Below are positions 52,818 through 64,000 of a DNA stretch of 64,000 nt, one piece after another (within the stretch, counting starts at the first letter, position 1; each line of letters opens with the position of its first letter). The notes beneath the pieces were generated by a model. That model saw only the letters and a list, made by a program, of their open reading frames with translations, did not search any database and was not told the origin of the DNA. This DNA is from Eledone cirrhosa (Eukaryota), in the NCBI GenBank assembly GCA_964016885.1, contig OZ024751.1:29574001-29638000 (forward strand). Direction: 5' to 3'. Made by a program: the position numbers and the translations under genes.

Positions 52818-53822
52818 TCTAGTAGTGTTAGGAGAATAATTTTTCAAGGGTGCAGTGGTACCCGGCGTTGTACAGGATAAGGTATTTTGGAACGCAGGCC
52901 GCCAACAGACCTAATCGTGGAAAAACTGCATGCCTCCACAATATGTAAAGAAAATAAACCGAATACTCTGATGGCTGGATAATCTTTAAGATTTTCCTTG
53001 GTGAAGCAGGAAAAATGCAGGTTTTCACCTAATGTGGGCCCTAGGGCATCAAGAAAATTAAATTTTTTTTATGTGCATAATATGCCTTGAAATTTCGGGA
53101 AAATCGGCTAGACGTAATGCCTAAAAAAAGCCCTAAAAAGCTGAAAAAATGAAGTTTTTCACTTAATGCGGGCCCTAGGCCATAAAAAAGTTGAATTTTC
53201 TTTGCTCACGGGATGAAGAAGAGACTGACTAATACATATTTACCGGCTTTCATTTTTAGTGTTGTGTGAAATATATAACCGCCTTAGCTAAGCTTAATAT
53301 TGCCACAACCACGGCTGGCAAAGAAGTAAGGGTCTGGTGGTACGTAAGTAAGCAACACTGTGGCTTGAAACGTGAGGAAGAAGTTGTGTGCACTTACCAA
53401 CTGTTTGGGGAATGAGTGTGAGATTTGTCTTGAGCAAGGGTGGCAGAATAACCGGAGGCAGCAGACAGCCAGACATACAGACAGATATTATAAGGGTGTG
53501 TTCTGGACGCAGAGGGAATTGTGGGAAGTGACGTAATGCAGACAGCCAGACATACAGACAGATATTATAAGGGCGCGACGTTATATGTATGTATCTATCT
53601 AAAAAGAGAAAGACTAAGAATTATATAGAGAGAGATCGCTAAATCGCCTAATGCGATCCCTAGGGCATTGAAAATTTGAAATTTATTTGCTCAGAACACT
53701 CCCTGAAACATAAATATTACATGTATAAAGTTTGAAAACAGTCGGTTGGGTACTTCTCGAGTTTTAGGGATTCAAACTCACACACACACACAGACAGACA
53801 TCCTCAGTTTTATATATATAGA
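52818..53822 (-). mobile_element. ~1-kb non-autonomous Helitron
   Basis: Minus strand starts TCTATATATATAAAACTGAGGATGTCTGTC; degenerate cccggcgttg hairpin near 52861; internal taatgcgg.ccctagggc repeats; homology to 21190-21740. Confidence 0.7.
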
Positions 53823-54374
53823 TGATAGAAGGTTGTTTTAATAAATATAAACAACACTTTAAAATAAAACAGCTTTGTATTTTGAAACCAAGGAGTTGTC
53901 TCAGGTGATTTGGTATCAAAAATGTTGAAAAACCAACCAAAAACTCAAACAAATCTCTACCAAGTTACAGTGGCTCCTAATGTTGGTATTTCTGTATGAT
54001 TTTGGTTTATTTTTGTAGCATCAAACCCACTTCATTATTATTATTTTTTTTTTTTTTTTTTTCTGTATAACAAGAGTCTTTTTCCAGATGAATTGATACA
54101 CACTATTTTAAATAAACTGAAACTAGTGGAATTGCCTCCAGCAATAACACAAAACAGATGTTTTTTTTTTTTGTTTATGTTATCTTTAGTAATTTACATA
54201 ATTTCTTTTTTGTTTTACTTATTCATCCCTGTTTTTTTTTTTTGTTTTTTTTTTTCATTTTACACACTTTTTTTTTTTTACAGACCAGTTAGAATCAACT
54301 GAGATTCTTTTATTCTATTATTCCTCCATTCTTTAACTGGTTTCAGTCAATGGTGGAATGTGGCTATTCTGGGG

Positions 54375-54558
54375 CAAGGTTTCCCAAACTTTTTCACACT
54401 CAGAACCCTTTTTTGTTCAGAAACTTTTTGGGGAACCCCAAAGTCTAAAACTCTATATTGTCTTAATATAAATATACTCCTCTACTTTTTTTCACCAAAC
54501 CCCAGACACTCTTTTGCAGAAACCATTGGGTTTCCCAGAACCCACTTTGAAACTACTG
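54375..54558. mobile_element. hAT-like MITE, degenerate
   Basis: caaggtttcccaaac ... tttgaaactactg termini with gaaccc sub-terminal motifs. Confidence 0.45.
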
Positions 54559-55721
54559 GGGCTCATCTTGTGTTTTAGTTGATCATATCAAACCCCAAAA
54601 TATATTTTTAACTATTTTCTTACAGTATTTCTAATAGAATTTCAAAAGCTATTTAAAAACAAAATAATGAAATCATTAATTTTAGCAAATCATTCGAAAT
54701 TTTCCGTTAACCCTTTGATACCAACCAAGCCAAAACAAGCTCTGGTTCTATAAAACAAAATCAATTATTTTAAAGAATTCTAATTCAAATTGAATTCTAA
54801 TATAATTTTATATAAGAATCATATATTAATTTACTATCTTAGAAATGAAATAATTAATAATTTTAGTAAATCCCTCAAAATTCTTAATTAATTAATTGAA
54901 ATAGAGTGTATTTGAGTATTTTAGGAATATGGTAAGGGAGGGGTTAATCGTCATAGTAATGGAAAAAAATAGGAAATACAATTTTTCTGCCTCTGTCTTT
55001 CTTTCTCCCACTCTTTCTCTCTCTCTCTTTCTCTTTCCATATCCCCCTCTCTCCCTTCCCTCTCTCCCCCCTCCCTCTCTCAAGAGTTAAAACGGATGGA
55101 CCAATGAGAAAATAATAGTATTAGTTACATACATATCAACTAATATAACTGTTATATTTTTTTCTTAGCATGTATTTGATTCTACTTTAGGGTTTTAATG
55201 CTTCTTACATTAAAACATGCTAACACTCACTTATCTGTAACTCCAAAAACCAGCATTGTTTATCAGCTTCATACTTATTTGGAACATAAATAACCTAACT
55301 TATATCAATTTTCTGGATGATTTATTACACTTACTGCTGAAGTCGGAATTGCTTGGCTAACATCTTTTTCATGACGGAAAAAAAAAATATTTTAATTGTT
55401 CTAATAAAAAATTTCTCCTCATCTCTGCTTTCTCCTTTGGTAATAAATCCAATGTCTGTGAAGGATTTCTAACTATAAGTTGGCACATTTCTAGATTTTT
55501 CTAAATTCTTTTGTTTTTTTACCATATTTCCCTTGGCGTCTTTAGCAGACACTGGCAAATATTTTATGTTTGGTTTGGTTCAGAAGTTTACTTCACAACC
55601 ACATGGTTTCAACTTCAGTCTCTCTCTGCATGGCATCTTTCTTGGACAAATGTTTCCTTCTATAGCTTCAATTTAACCAATAAATGTTGTGAGTGAAATT
55701 TTGTGTGTGGAAGCCCATCAC

Positions 55722-55758
<37 letters not shown>

Positions 55759-55760
<2 letters not shown>

Positions 55761-56022
55761 TGATGTGTTGTTTCCTTGAGCAAGAGATTTTATTTCACAT
55801 TGCTCCAGTTTACTCAGCTGTAGAAATGAGATGATAGGGACTGGGGTCCCTATCATTCCACTGCAAAGTGGTCGTGGAGGTGCCACGGCAAAAAAGCACC
55901 CAGCACTCACTGTAAATGAGGTTGGTGTTAGGAAGGGCATCCAGCTGTAGAAATCAAGCCAGTATCAGTTCCCGTCCCACCCTTGCAAGCAGGGAAAAGC
56001 GGACGTAAAATGATGATGATGA
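55759..56022 (+). mobile_element. SINE family 2 with RTE-identical 3' tail
   Basis: Ends cccgtcccacccttgcaagcagggaaaagcggacgtaaaatgatgatg, identical to the RTE end at 38108-38160. Confidence 0.88.
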
Positions 56023-57019
56023 TATATATGTATATATATATTTCTCACTGTCTGTCTTTCTATTTCATCTTTTATTTCTAATTCTATCTTCTGATGGACT
56101 AATGTCCAAAACTATTTTCCTACTATATCAAGCTAATATTTTTCTTCATTGTACTGTGTTATTTGCTTTATTTTTTCTGTTTACATTTTGCAAACATATG
56201 TGTGTGTGTGTCTGTCTGTGTGTTTCCTGCAACTAGTTAAACAAAAAAGAGGTTGATGAAATAATTTCGGTTGAAAAGAATAACAAGTACTGATGATGGA
56301 GGGCAGGGTATATGATGTATCAAATTCCTTCAATGTGGTGCCCCAGCATGGCCACATTCTAAAGACCTGTGTAAGTCTAAAGTCTGTCTGAAGCCATTTA
56401 AGGCTCGTTAGGCCGGTGCTTGTCCCAATTTCATGGCGTGAAGCGAGTTCGAATACAAGACTCCCACTGGACAGGACGCCAGTCCATAGCAAGTTTAAAC
56501 CCCCAGCTATTGCTTGTACTCAATTTCAGCTGAGTTTACTGGAGCAACATGAAATGAAGTGTTTTGCTCAAGAACTCAATATGCAACCCAGTCCAGGAAT
56601 CAAACCCACAGCATTATGATCATAAGCCCAACACCCTTACCACTAGGTCACACACCTCCTGAAACGAGGTAAAAAAGTAGATAGAATATGTTGGCTTTGG
56701 GTTAGGCTGTTCTTGTAGAAAATGTTTGATTTGTCAAGATCTATAAACTTGGCAGAAACGTGGGCGTTGGGAAGTCCCCTGTCAGTCTGGCTGAATATGA
56801 TTAAAAGGTATCAGTGTTATCCAAGGATGTTGTTTAGTAAGATCAGGGTTGGGCAGGGGGAAGGGAGGAAAAGAAAAAAGAGGGAAAAAAAGATAGAAAC
56901 ATAGGAGTCGGAGTTGAAATAGGAAAGAATAGAGAAGGAAAAATGGCAAGTCAGGGTTGAAATAAAAATGAGAGAAAGAATAGAGAAGGAAAGTAAAGTA
57001 AGAGTAGGAGTTAAAATAG

Positions 57020-57370
57020 AAATAGGAGAGAGTAGAGAGAGAAAGATAGGAGAGAATATAGAGAGACAGATAGGAGAGAATATAGAGAGACAGATAGGAG
57101 AGAATAGAGAGAGACAGATAGAGAATAGAGAGAGACAGATAGGAGAGAATAGAAAGAGACAGATAGGAGAGAGTAGAGAGAGACAGATAGGAGAGATTAG
57201 AGAGAGACAGATAGGAGAGAGTAGAGAGAGACAGATAGGAGAGAATAGAGAGAGACAGATAGGAGAGAATAGAGAGAGAAAGATAGGAGAGAATAGAGAG
57301 AGAAAGATAGGAGAGAATAGAGAGAAAGATAGGAGAGAATAGAGAGAGAAAGATAGGAGAGAATAGAGAA
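57020..57370. repeat. ~24-bp purine-rich minisatellite (gataggagagaatagagagagaca)
   Basis: Direct periodicity. Confidence 0.9.
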
Positions 57371-57944
57371 AAAGGAAAAATACAAGTTGGAGTTGAAATA
57401 AAACTAAGAAAAGAATAGAGAGAGAGATTCGGAGAATTGGTCTGTCATCATAACACTTCATAAAAAATGTTGATCATTGGAAAAATATAAAAAATGTGTG
57501 AGAGTTTGGCAATTGTTCCTCATATTACTCCAGTATTGTTATAAGGCTGAAATATATCACTTTACCAAAAACAAAAAAAAGCTCCTAGCCCTTATGTTTG
57601 ATTTGAGGAATTTTATTATTATTTTTTTTTATTATTATTTTTTTTTTTTATTTTTTTTTTTTTATTTTTTATATTTCCATTTTTTTTTTTTTTTTTTACT
57701 TTTTATTTTGTTGCTTTCTTTGTCTTAGCTGGATTTCTGTTTTTTTTTTTGTTTTTTTTTAATAATCGTTTACTTGCTTTTATTTTTATCTCAGCTGTCA
57801 TTTAGAGGAGTAGTTATCTAGAATTATCATAAAGTAGACTCTTCCTGATCCAGAGGATTCTGATTGCATGTGTGTGTGTATATATATGTGCGTGTGTGTA
57901 TATATATGTGTGTGTATATATATCTGTGTGTGTATATATGTGTG

Positions 57945-57975
<31 letters not shown>

Positions 57976-58164
57976 ATATATGTGTGTGTATATATATGTG
58001 TGTATGTGTGTGTGTTCATGTGTGTGTGTATGTGTGTATATATGTGTGTGTGTACATGTCTGTGTGTATATGTGTGTTTATTTATCTATGAGAGATTGTT
58101 GATGCACGTTTCACAATTGTAAATAAAATATATCATTTGTTGTGTAGAATACACAATTTCTCTA

Positions 58165-58355
58165 CACCGCCACCACATTGCCACCACCACCACCACCACC
58201 ACCACCACCATCACCACCACCATCATCATCATCAACTATGCCACCAATGACATTGACAACATCATCATCAACACCACAACCACCAACATCATCACCACAA
58301 ACATCAACCCTACCACCTCTGCCACCATCATTATCAGCAACAATGCCACCAATGA

Positions 58356-58387
<32 letters not shown>

Positions 58388-60022
58388 CCAACACCACCAA
58401 CCACCACCACTGGCACCACCAATATCACCATCACAAACATGAACCCCACCACCACAGCCACTGATCCACATTGCCACCATCATCATCATCACCAATACCA
58501 CTAACCATCATCACTGGCATCACAAACACCACCACCACAACTTGCACCACTGACAAGACCAACCACCACCACCACCACCACCGGCACCACAAACACCACC
58601 ATCACCACCTCCACCACTGACATCACCATCACCACCACTGGCACCCAAAAACACCACCAGCAACACCACCATCACCACTACCACAGCCACCACCCCTACC
58701 ACCACCACCCCTACCACCACCATCACTACCACCACCACCCCTACCACCACCATCACTACCACCATCACTACCACCACTACCACCATCACTACCACCATCA
58801 CCACCACCACCACCACCACCACCACCACCATCACTACCACCACTACCACCATCACTACCACTCTACCACCATCACCACCACCACCACCACCACCACCATC
58901 ACTACCACCACCACCACCATCACTACCACCACCAACACCCCTACCACCACCACCACCACCACCACTACCACCATCACCACTACCACCATCACCACCACCA
59001 CCACCACTACCACCACTACCACCACCACCACCACTACCACCATCACCACTATCACTACCACCACTACCACCATCACCACCACCACCACCACTACCACCAC
59101 TACCACCACCACTACCACCACCACCACCACCACCACCATCACCACCATCACTACTACCACTACCACCACCACTACCACCACTACCACCATCACCACCATC
59201 ACCACCACCACCACTACCACCACTACCACCACTACCACTACCACCTTACCACCACCACCTTCACCACTACCACTACCACCACTACCACTACCACCACTAC
59301 CACCATCACTACCACCACTACCACCATCACTACCACCACTACCACCATCACCACCACCACCACCACCACCACCACCACTACCACCGCTACCACCACTACC
59401 ACCACTACCACCACCACTACCACCACCACTACCACCACCACCACTACCACCACTACCACCACTACCACTACCACCACTACCACCACCACCACCACCACTA
59501 CCACCACTACCTCCACTACCACCACTACCACCATCACCACCACCACCACCATCATCACCACCACCACTACCACGACTACCACCACTACCACCACTACCAC
59601 CACCACCACCACTACCACTACCACCACTACCACCATCACCACCACCATCATCACGACTACCACCACTACCACCACTACCACCACCATCACTACCACCACT
59701 ACCACCACCATCACTACCACCATCACCACCACCACCACCATCATCACCACCACCACTACCACGACTACCACCACTACCACCACTACCACCACCACCACTA
59801 CCACCACCACCACCACTACCACCACCACTACCACCACCACCACTACCACCACTACCACCACTACCACCACCACCACCACCATCACTACCACCATCACCAC
59901 CACCACCAACATCATCACCACCACCACTACCACCACTACCACCACCACCACCACCACTACCACTACCACCACCACCACTACCACCACTACCACCACCATC
60001 ACTACCACCATCACCACCACCA
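58165..60022. repeat. (ACC/ACT/ATC)n trinucleotide tract
   Basis: Direct inspection; source of the poly-Val ORFs. Confidence 0.95.
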
Positions 60023-60389
60023 TTTCTAATTACTGACCAACTGTTGCAGCTATATTTCTTCTCCAGTAAAATATAAAATCTTTGTTATTTCTCTGAGATG
60101 AAGAGCTGAGTTATTTTATTTTCCTCAGCAGATTCTCTTATATAGGTTTTTAACGATGTAATTAACTTCCTTCCCTCTTTTTTATTAATGTACTTCTCAG
60201 TATCACCAACTGAGATTTCAGCATCTTTCTTTCAATTTCTTTTGTTTTATATATATTGTTATAAATACATACAAACATGCAAGTATCTATGTGTGTGTAT
60301 GTGTATATATATAAATATATGTATATATATATAATATATATGTACATATATATATATATATCTATATATCTATATCTATATGTGTATAT

Positions 60390-60426
<37 letters not shown>

Positions 60427-60474
60427 GTGACAACCCTTGCTAGCAGTGAAAGCAGACATTAAATGATGATGATG

Positions 60475-60537
<63 letters not shown>

Positions 60538-60662
60538 CATTTCTGAATTTGTTTAGCAAGATTCTTTATCTGAAAACGTGTGTTGAAACCAATATTGTTA
60601 TACTTTGGGAGGGTCATGTTGCCAATAAGAAACACACGCACCAGTATATTTTTATGTATAAA

Positions 60663-60723
<61 letters not shown>

Positions 60724-61034
60724 TGATATATATATATTTATGTATATATTTATATATATATTTATTGATATATATATATTTATATATATTTATATTTATA
60801 TATTTATGTATATTTATATTTATATATTTATGTATATTTATGTATATATATATTTATATATATATATTTATATATATTTATGTATATATATATACATATA
60901 TATATGTATATATATATTCATATATATTTATGTATATATATATACATATATATATGTATATATATATATATATATATACATATATGTATATATACATATA
61001 TATACATATATGTATATATATATATTTATGTGTG

Positions 61035-61068
<34 letters not shown>

Positions 61069-61401
61069 TAGAGAGAGAGAGCCCTCCTCCTTCTCTCGTG
61101 GCATTGTTTTCATGGTGGGGAAAAGAAAAGGGGAGAAAAACAAAACAAAGAATGATAATCACAAAATAACAACACAATAACTTATCTTGTCACAAAATGA
61201 AATAGCTGTGATGAGATTTTTTTTGTTTTAGAATAACACCAAGCACTCCACTGCAATCTAATGCCAAAGTTGTTTAGATACTAGGTCAGTATCATTTTCA
61301 GAAACATAAAATATTCCACAGAGTCTATATGTGTGTATAGAGCGACCAAGATGTTGCAATTGGCTTTAATATTGATAAACAACTAAGCTGGCTAAATATA
61401 G

Positions 61402-61467
<66 letters not shown>

Positions 61468-61511
61468 TGTTTGTGTGTGTGTGTATATATGTGTTTGTGT
61501 GTGTGTGTATG

Positions 61512-61563
<52 letters not shown>

Positions 61564-61654
61564 TGTATACATACATACATATATATATATATAGATACAT
61601 ACATATATGTATACATACATACATATATATATATATAGATACATACATATATGT

Positions 61655-61689
<35 letters not shown>

Positions 61690-61706
61690 GATACATACAT
61701 ATATGT

Positions 61707-61768
<62 letters not shown>

Positions 61769-61840
61769 CATATATATATAAATATATATATTATGAAATA
61801 CTGTTGGCTTCACGCTCACAATAATTTCTATACTTTCATT

Positions 61841-61918
<78 letters not shown>

Positions 61919-62107
61919 CTGATAAAGCTTGTGTGTTGGTTATGTAGAAACAAAGCGGTATGAGTATATAAGCTCCAGAAAATAGGCTGATCATTTGGTT
62001 GTAATTCCTCAAAGGATTCCTGATTGCCTTTTTATAGACGAAAATTATAGGTGAAGGGTATTTTCGAGATAGCAAAATACTGCATATATACATGTCTGTA
62101 CATACAC

Positions 62108-62152
<45 letters not shown>

Positions 62153-62156
<4 letters not shown>

Positions 62157-62422
62157 GGAACCAGGGTTCATGAATGCCTCATCACAAATAAATTGCTTCA
62201 CAAACAATTTTTCCGGACATAAAGTGTCGGTTCACGAATGGTGTCTCGAGTAATGAAGACACAATCTGGCAACAATGGTTGACCACAAGGTTGGAGTATT
62301 AGCGAGAAAGTGTTACTTAATGTGTAGTTAGTTACTATGATGATATCTATCTTTCTCTATGAACATTTCTGGTGATGAATGCCATTCAGGAATGAATTAG
62401 GTTTGTGAACCAAGGTTCCCCT
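62153..62422. mobile_element. pogo/Tigger-like MITE, degenerate
   Basis: TIRs cagtggaaccagggttcatgaa / ttgtgaaccaaggttcccct. Confidence 0.55.
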
Positions 62423-62507
62423 ATATACAATTATACAGATTATATATATATATATAATCAATATATATATGTTCAACCGGCATACCGCCTATGGACAGAG
62501 GGTTAAA

Positions 62508-62790
62508 TTGTAGTGTGTGGGAGAGGAGACTGCGATGGTATGGACATGTGATGCGCATGGAAGATGACCGATGGATGAAGAAGTGCCAAGAAATGCCAGT
62601 TGAAGGAAGACGTGGTAGAGGTAGACCACGAAAAACATGGGCGGAGGTGGTGAGAGCAAACCTCAGATCGCTGAAGCTCACGGTGGAGATGACGAAGGAC
62701 CGTGACAAGTAGAGAGATGGTGTGCTGAATAGGACCTGTCCCACCCTTGCAAGCAGGGAAAAGCGGATGTAAAATGATGATGATGATGAT
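62508..62790 (+). mobile_element. RTE LINE 3' fragment
   Basis: RRLRWYGHVMRMEDDRWMKKC...RGRGRPRKTW; (TGA)n tail. Confidence 0.9.
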
Positions 62791-62982
62791 ATATATTTTG
62801 TGTGGTTAATTTGTGGGTCTTGTTCCTTTGGAGTTTACCCTGCATACTCACGAGATCATTAGTTATGATTTCTTCCTGACAACCCTGTGAGTGTGCAGCT
62901 GGAACTCCAGAATGTCAAGGCTCACTACTTAGCCAAAATAAATGAATATTTAAATTTGCATTGGGGGGGGGGGGGGGGGGTT

Positions 62983-63572
62983 CCGAGGCCATATTATCTA
63001 GAATAAAGGACGAGTTGGAAGAAGTTTAGGGAGCTGCTCCCTCTGCTGACGAAGAAGGGTTTCTCCCTGCATACAAAAAGCCAGTTATATGATGCCTGTG
63101 TGAGGAGCGCGATGCTGCATGGTAGTGAGACATGGGCAGCAACTGCAGAGGATATGCGACGGCTGGAGAGAAAAGAGGCAAGCATGTTCCATTGGATGTG
63201 CAATGTCAGTGTGCGTGAACGACCCAGCATGAATGTGTTGAGAGAGAAACTGTGTCTGAGAGGGATAGAATGTAGTGTGTGAGAGAGGAGACTGAGGTGG
63301 TATGAACTTGTGATGCGCATGGAGGATGACCAATGGGAGAAGAAGTGCCAAGAAATTCCAGTTGAAGGAAGACGTGGTAGAGGTAGACCAGGAAAAACAT
63401 AGACGGAGGTGGTGAGAACAGACCTCAGATTGCTGAAGCTCACGGTGGAGATGACGAAGGAGCGTGACAAGTAGAGAGATGCTGTGCTGAATAAGACCCG
63501 TCCCACCCTTGCAAGCAGGGAAAAGTGGATATAAAATGTTGATGATGCGGATATAAAATGATGATGATGATG
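62983..63572 (+). mobile_element. RTE LINE 3' fragment
   Basis: AMLHGSETWAATAEDMRRLERKEASM...; collinear with 37600-38160. Confidence 0.92.
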
Positions 63573-63612
63573 ATATATATATATATGTGTATATATATGT
63601 GTATGTTTGTGT

Positions 63613-63990
63613 GTACAGCCATACCTGCACCTATTTTATAAAGTGAACTCCTTAACCACACAGCCATATCTACACCTATATTATGAAGTAAACTCTTTAA
63701 CCACACTGCCATATCTACACCTATGTTGTGAAGCGAACTTCTTAACCACACATCCATATCTACACCATTGTTGTGAAATGGATTCTTCCGTGTCACAGCT
63801 ATGTCTCCACCTATGTTGCATAGTGAACTCCTTAACCTCACGGTCACACCTACACCTTTGTTATGAAGGGAACTCCTTAATCACACAGCCATACCTACAC
63901 CTATGTTGTGAAGTGAACTCTTTAACCTCACAACCATGTCTACATCTATGTTTTGAAGTGAGCTCCTTAACCATACAGCCATACCTACCC
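63613..63990 (-). repeat. 45-bp tandem array derived from a SINE tRNA-like head
   Basis: Reverse complement ggtgtaggtatggctgtgtggttaaggagttcacttcacaac resembles the SINE head at 52721 (gtatggctgtgtggttaa). Confidence 0.8.
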
Positions 63991-64000
63991 CTATTGCATT

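Overview
This is AT-rich, microsatellite-saturated animal DNA with one 200-N gap; its SINE, RTE-LINE, Helitron and MITE repertoire is most consistent with a coleoid cephalopod (octopus). It is probably intronic or intergenic. Almost every ORF in the track is a microsatellite artefact, and the only recognisable protein-coding remnants are 3' fragments of an RTE-clade LINE. The main hidden signal is a dense set of minimal type-I hammerhead ribozyme (HHR) motifs: about ten complete or near-complete motifs plus several half copies, from about eight unrelated sequence families. They lie in short non-coding cassettes inserted in or next to (TA)n tracts. The cassettes occur either as terminally redundant 'n + fraction' units (321 bp and 430 bp with an HHR; an apparently identical 5.2 x 615 bp array has the same architecture but no canonical core) or as fold-back inverted duplications. 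This architecture matches Penelope-like pLTRs and non-autonomous retrozymes. Several families carry non-canonical cores (compensatory U3-A8, U3-G8 and a recurrent U4A). Also seen are a candidate recursive splice site, a candidate microexon plus small exon on the minus strand, SINE-derived satellites and nested transposons. All folds were made by eye and no database searches were run.
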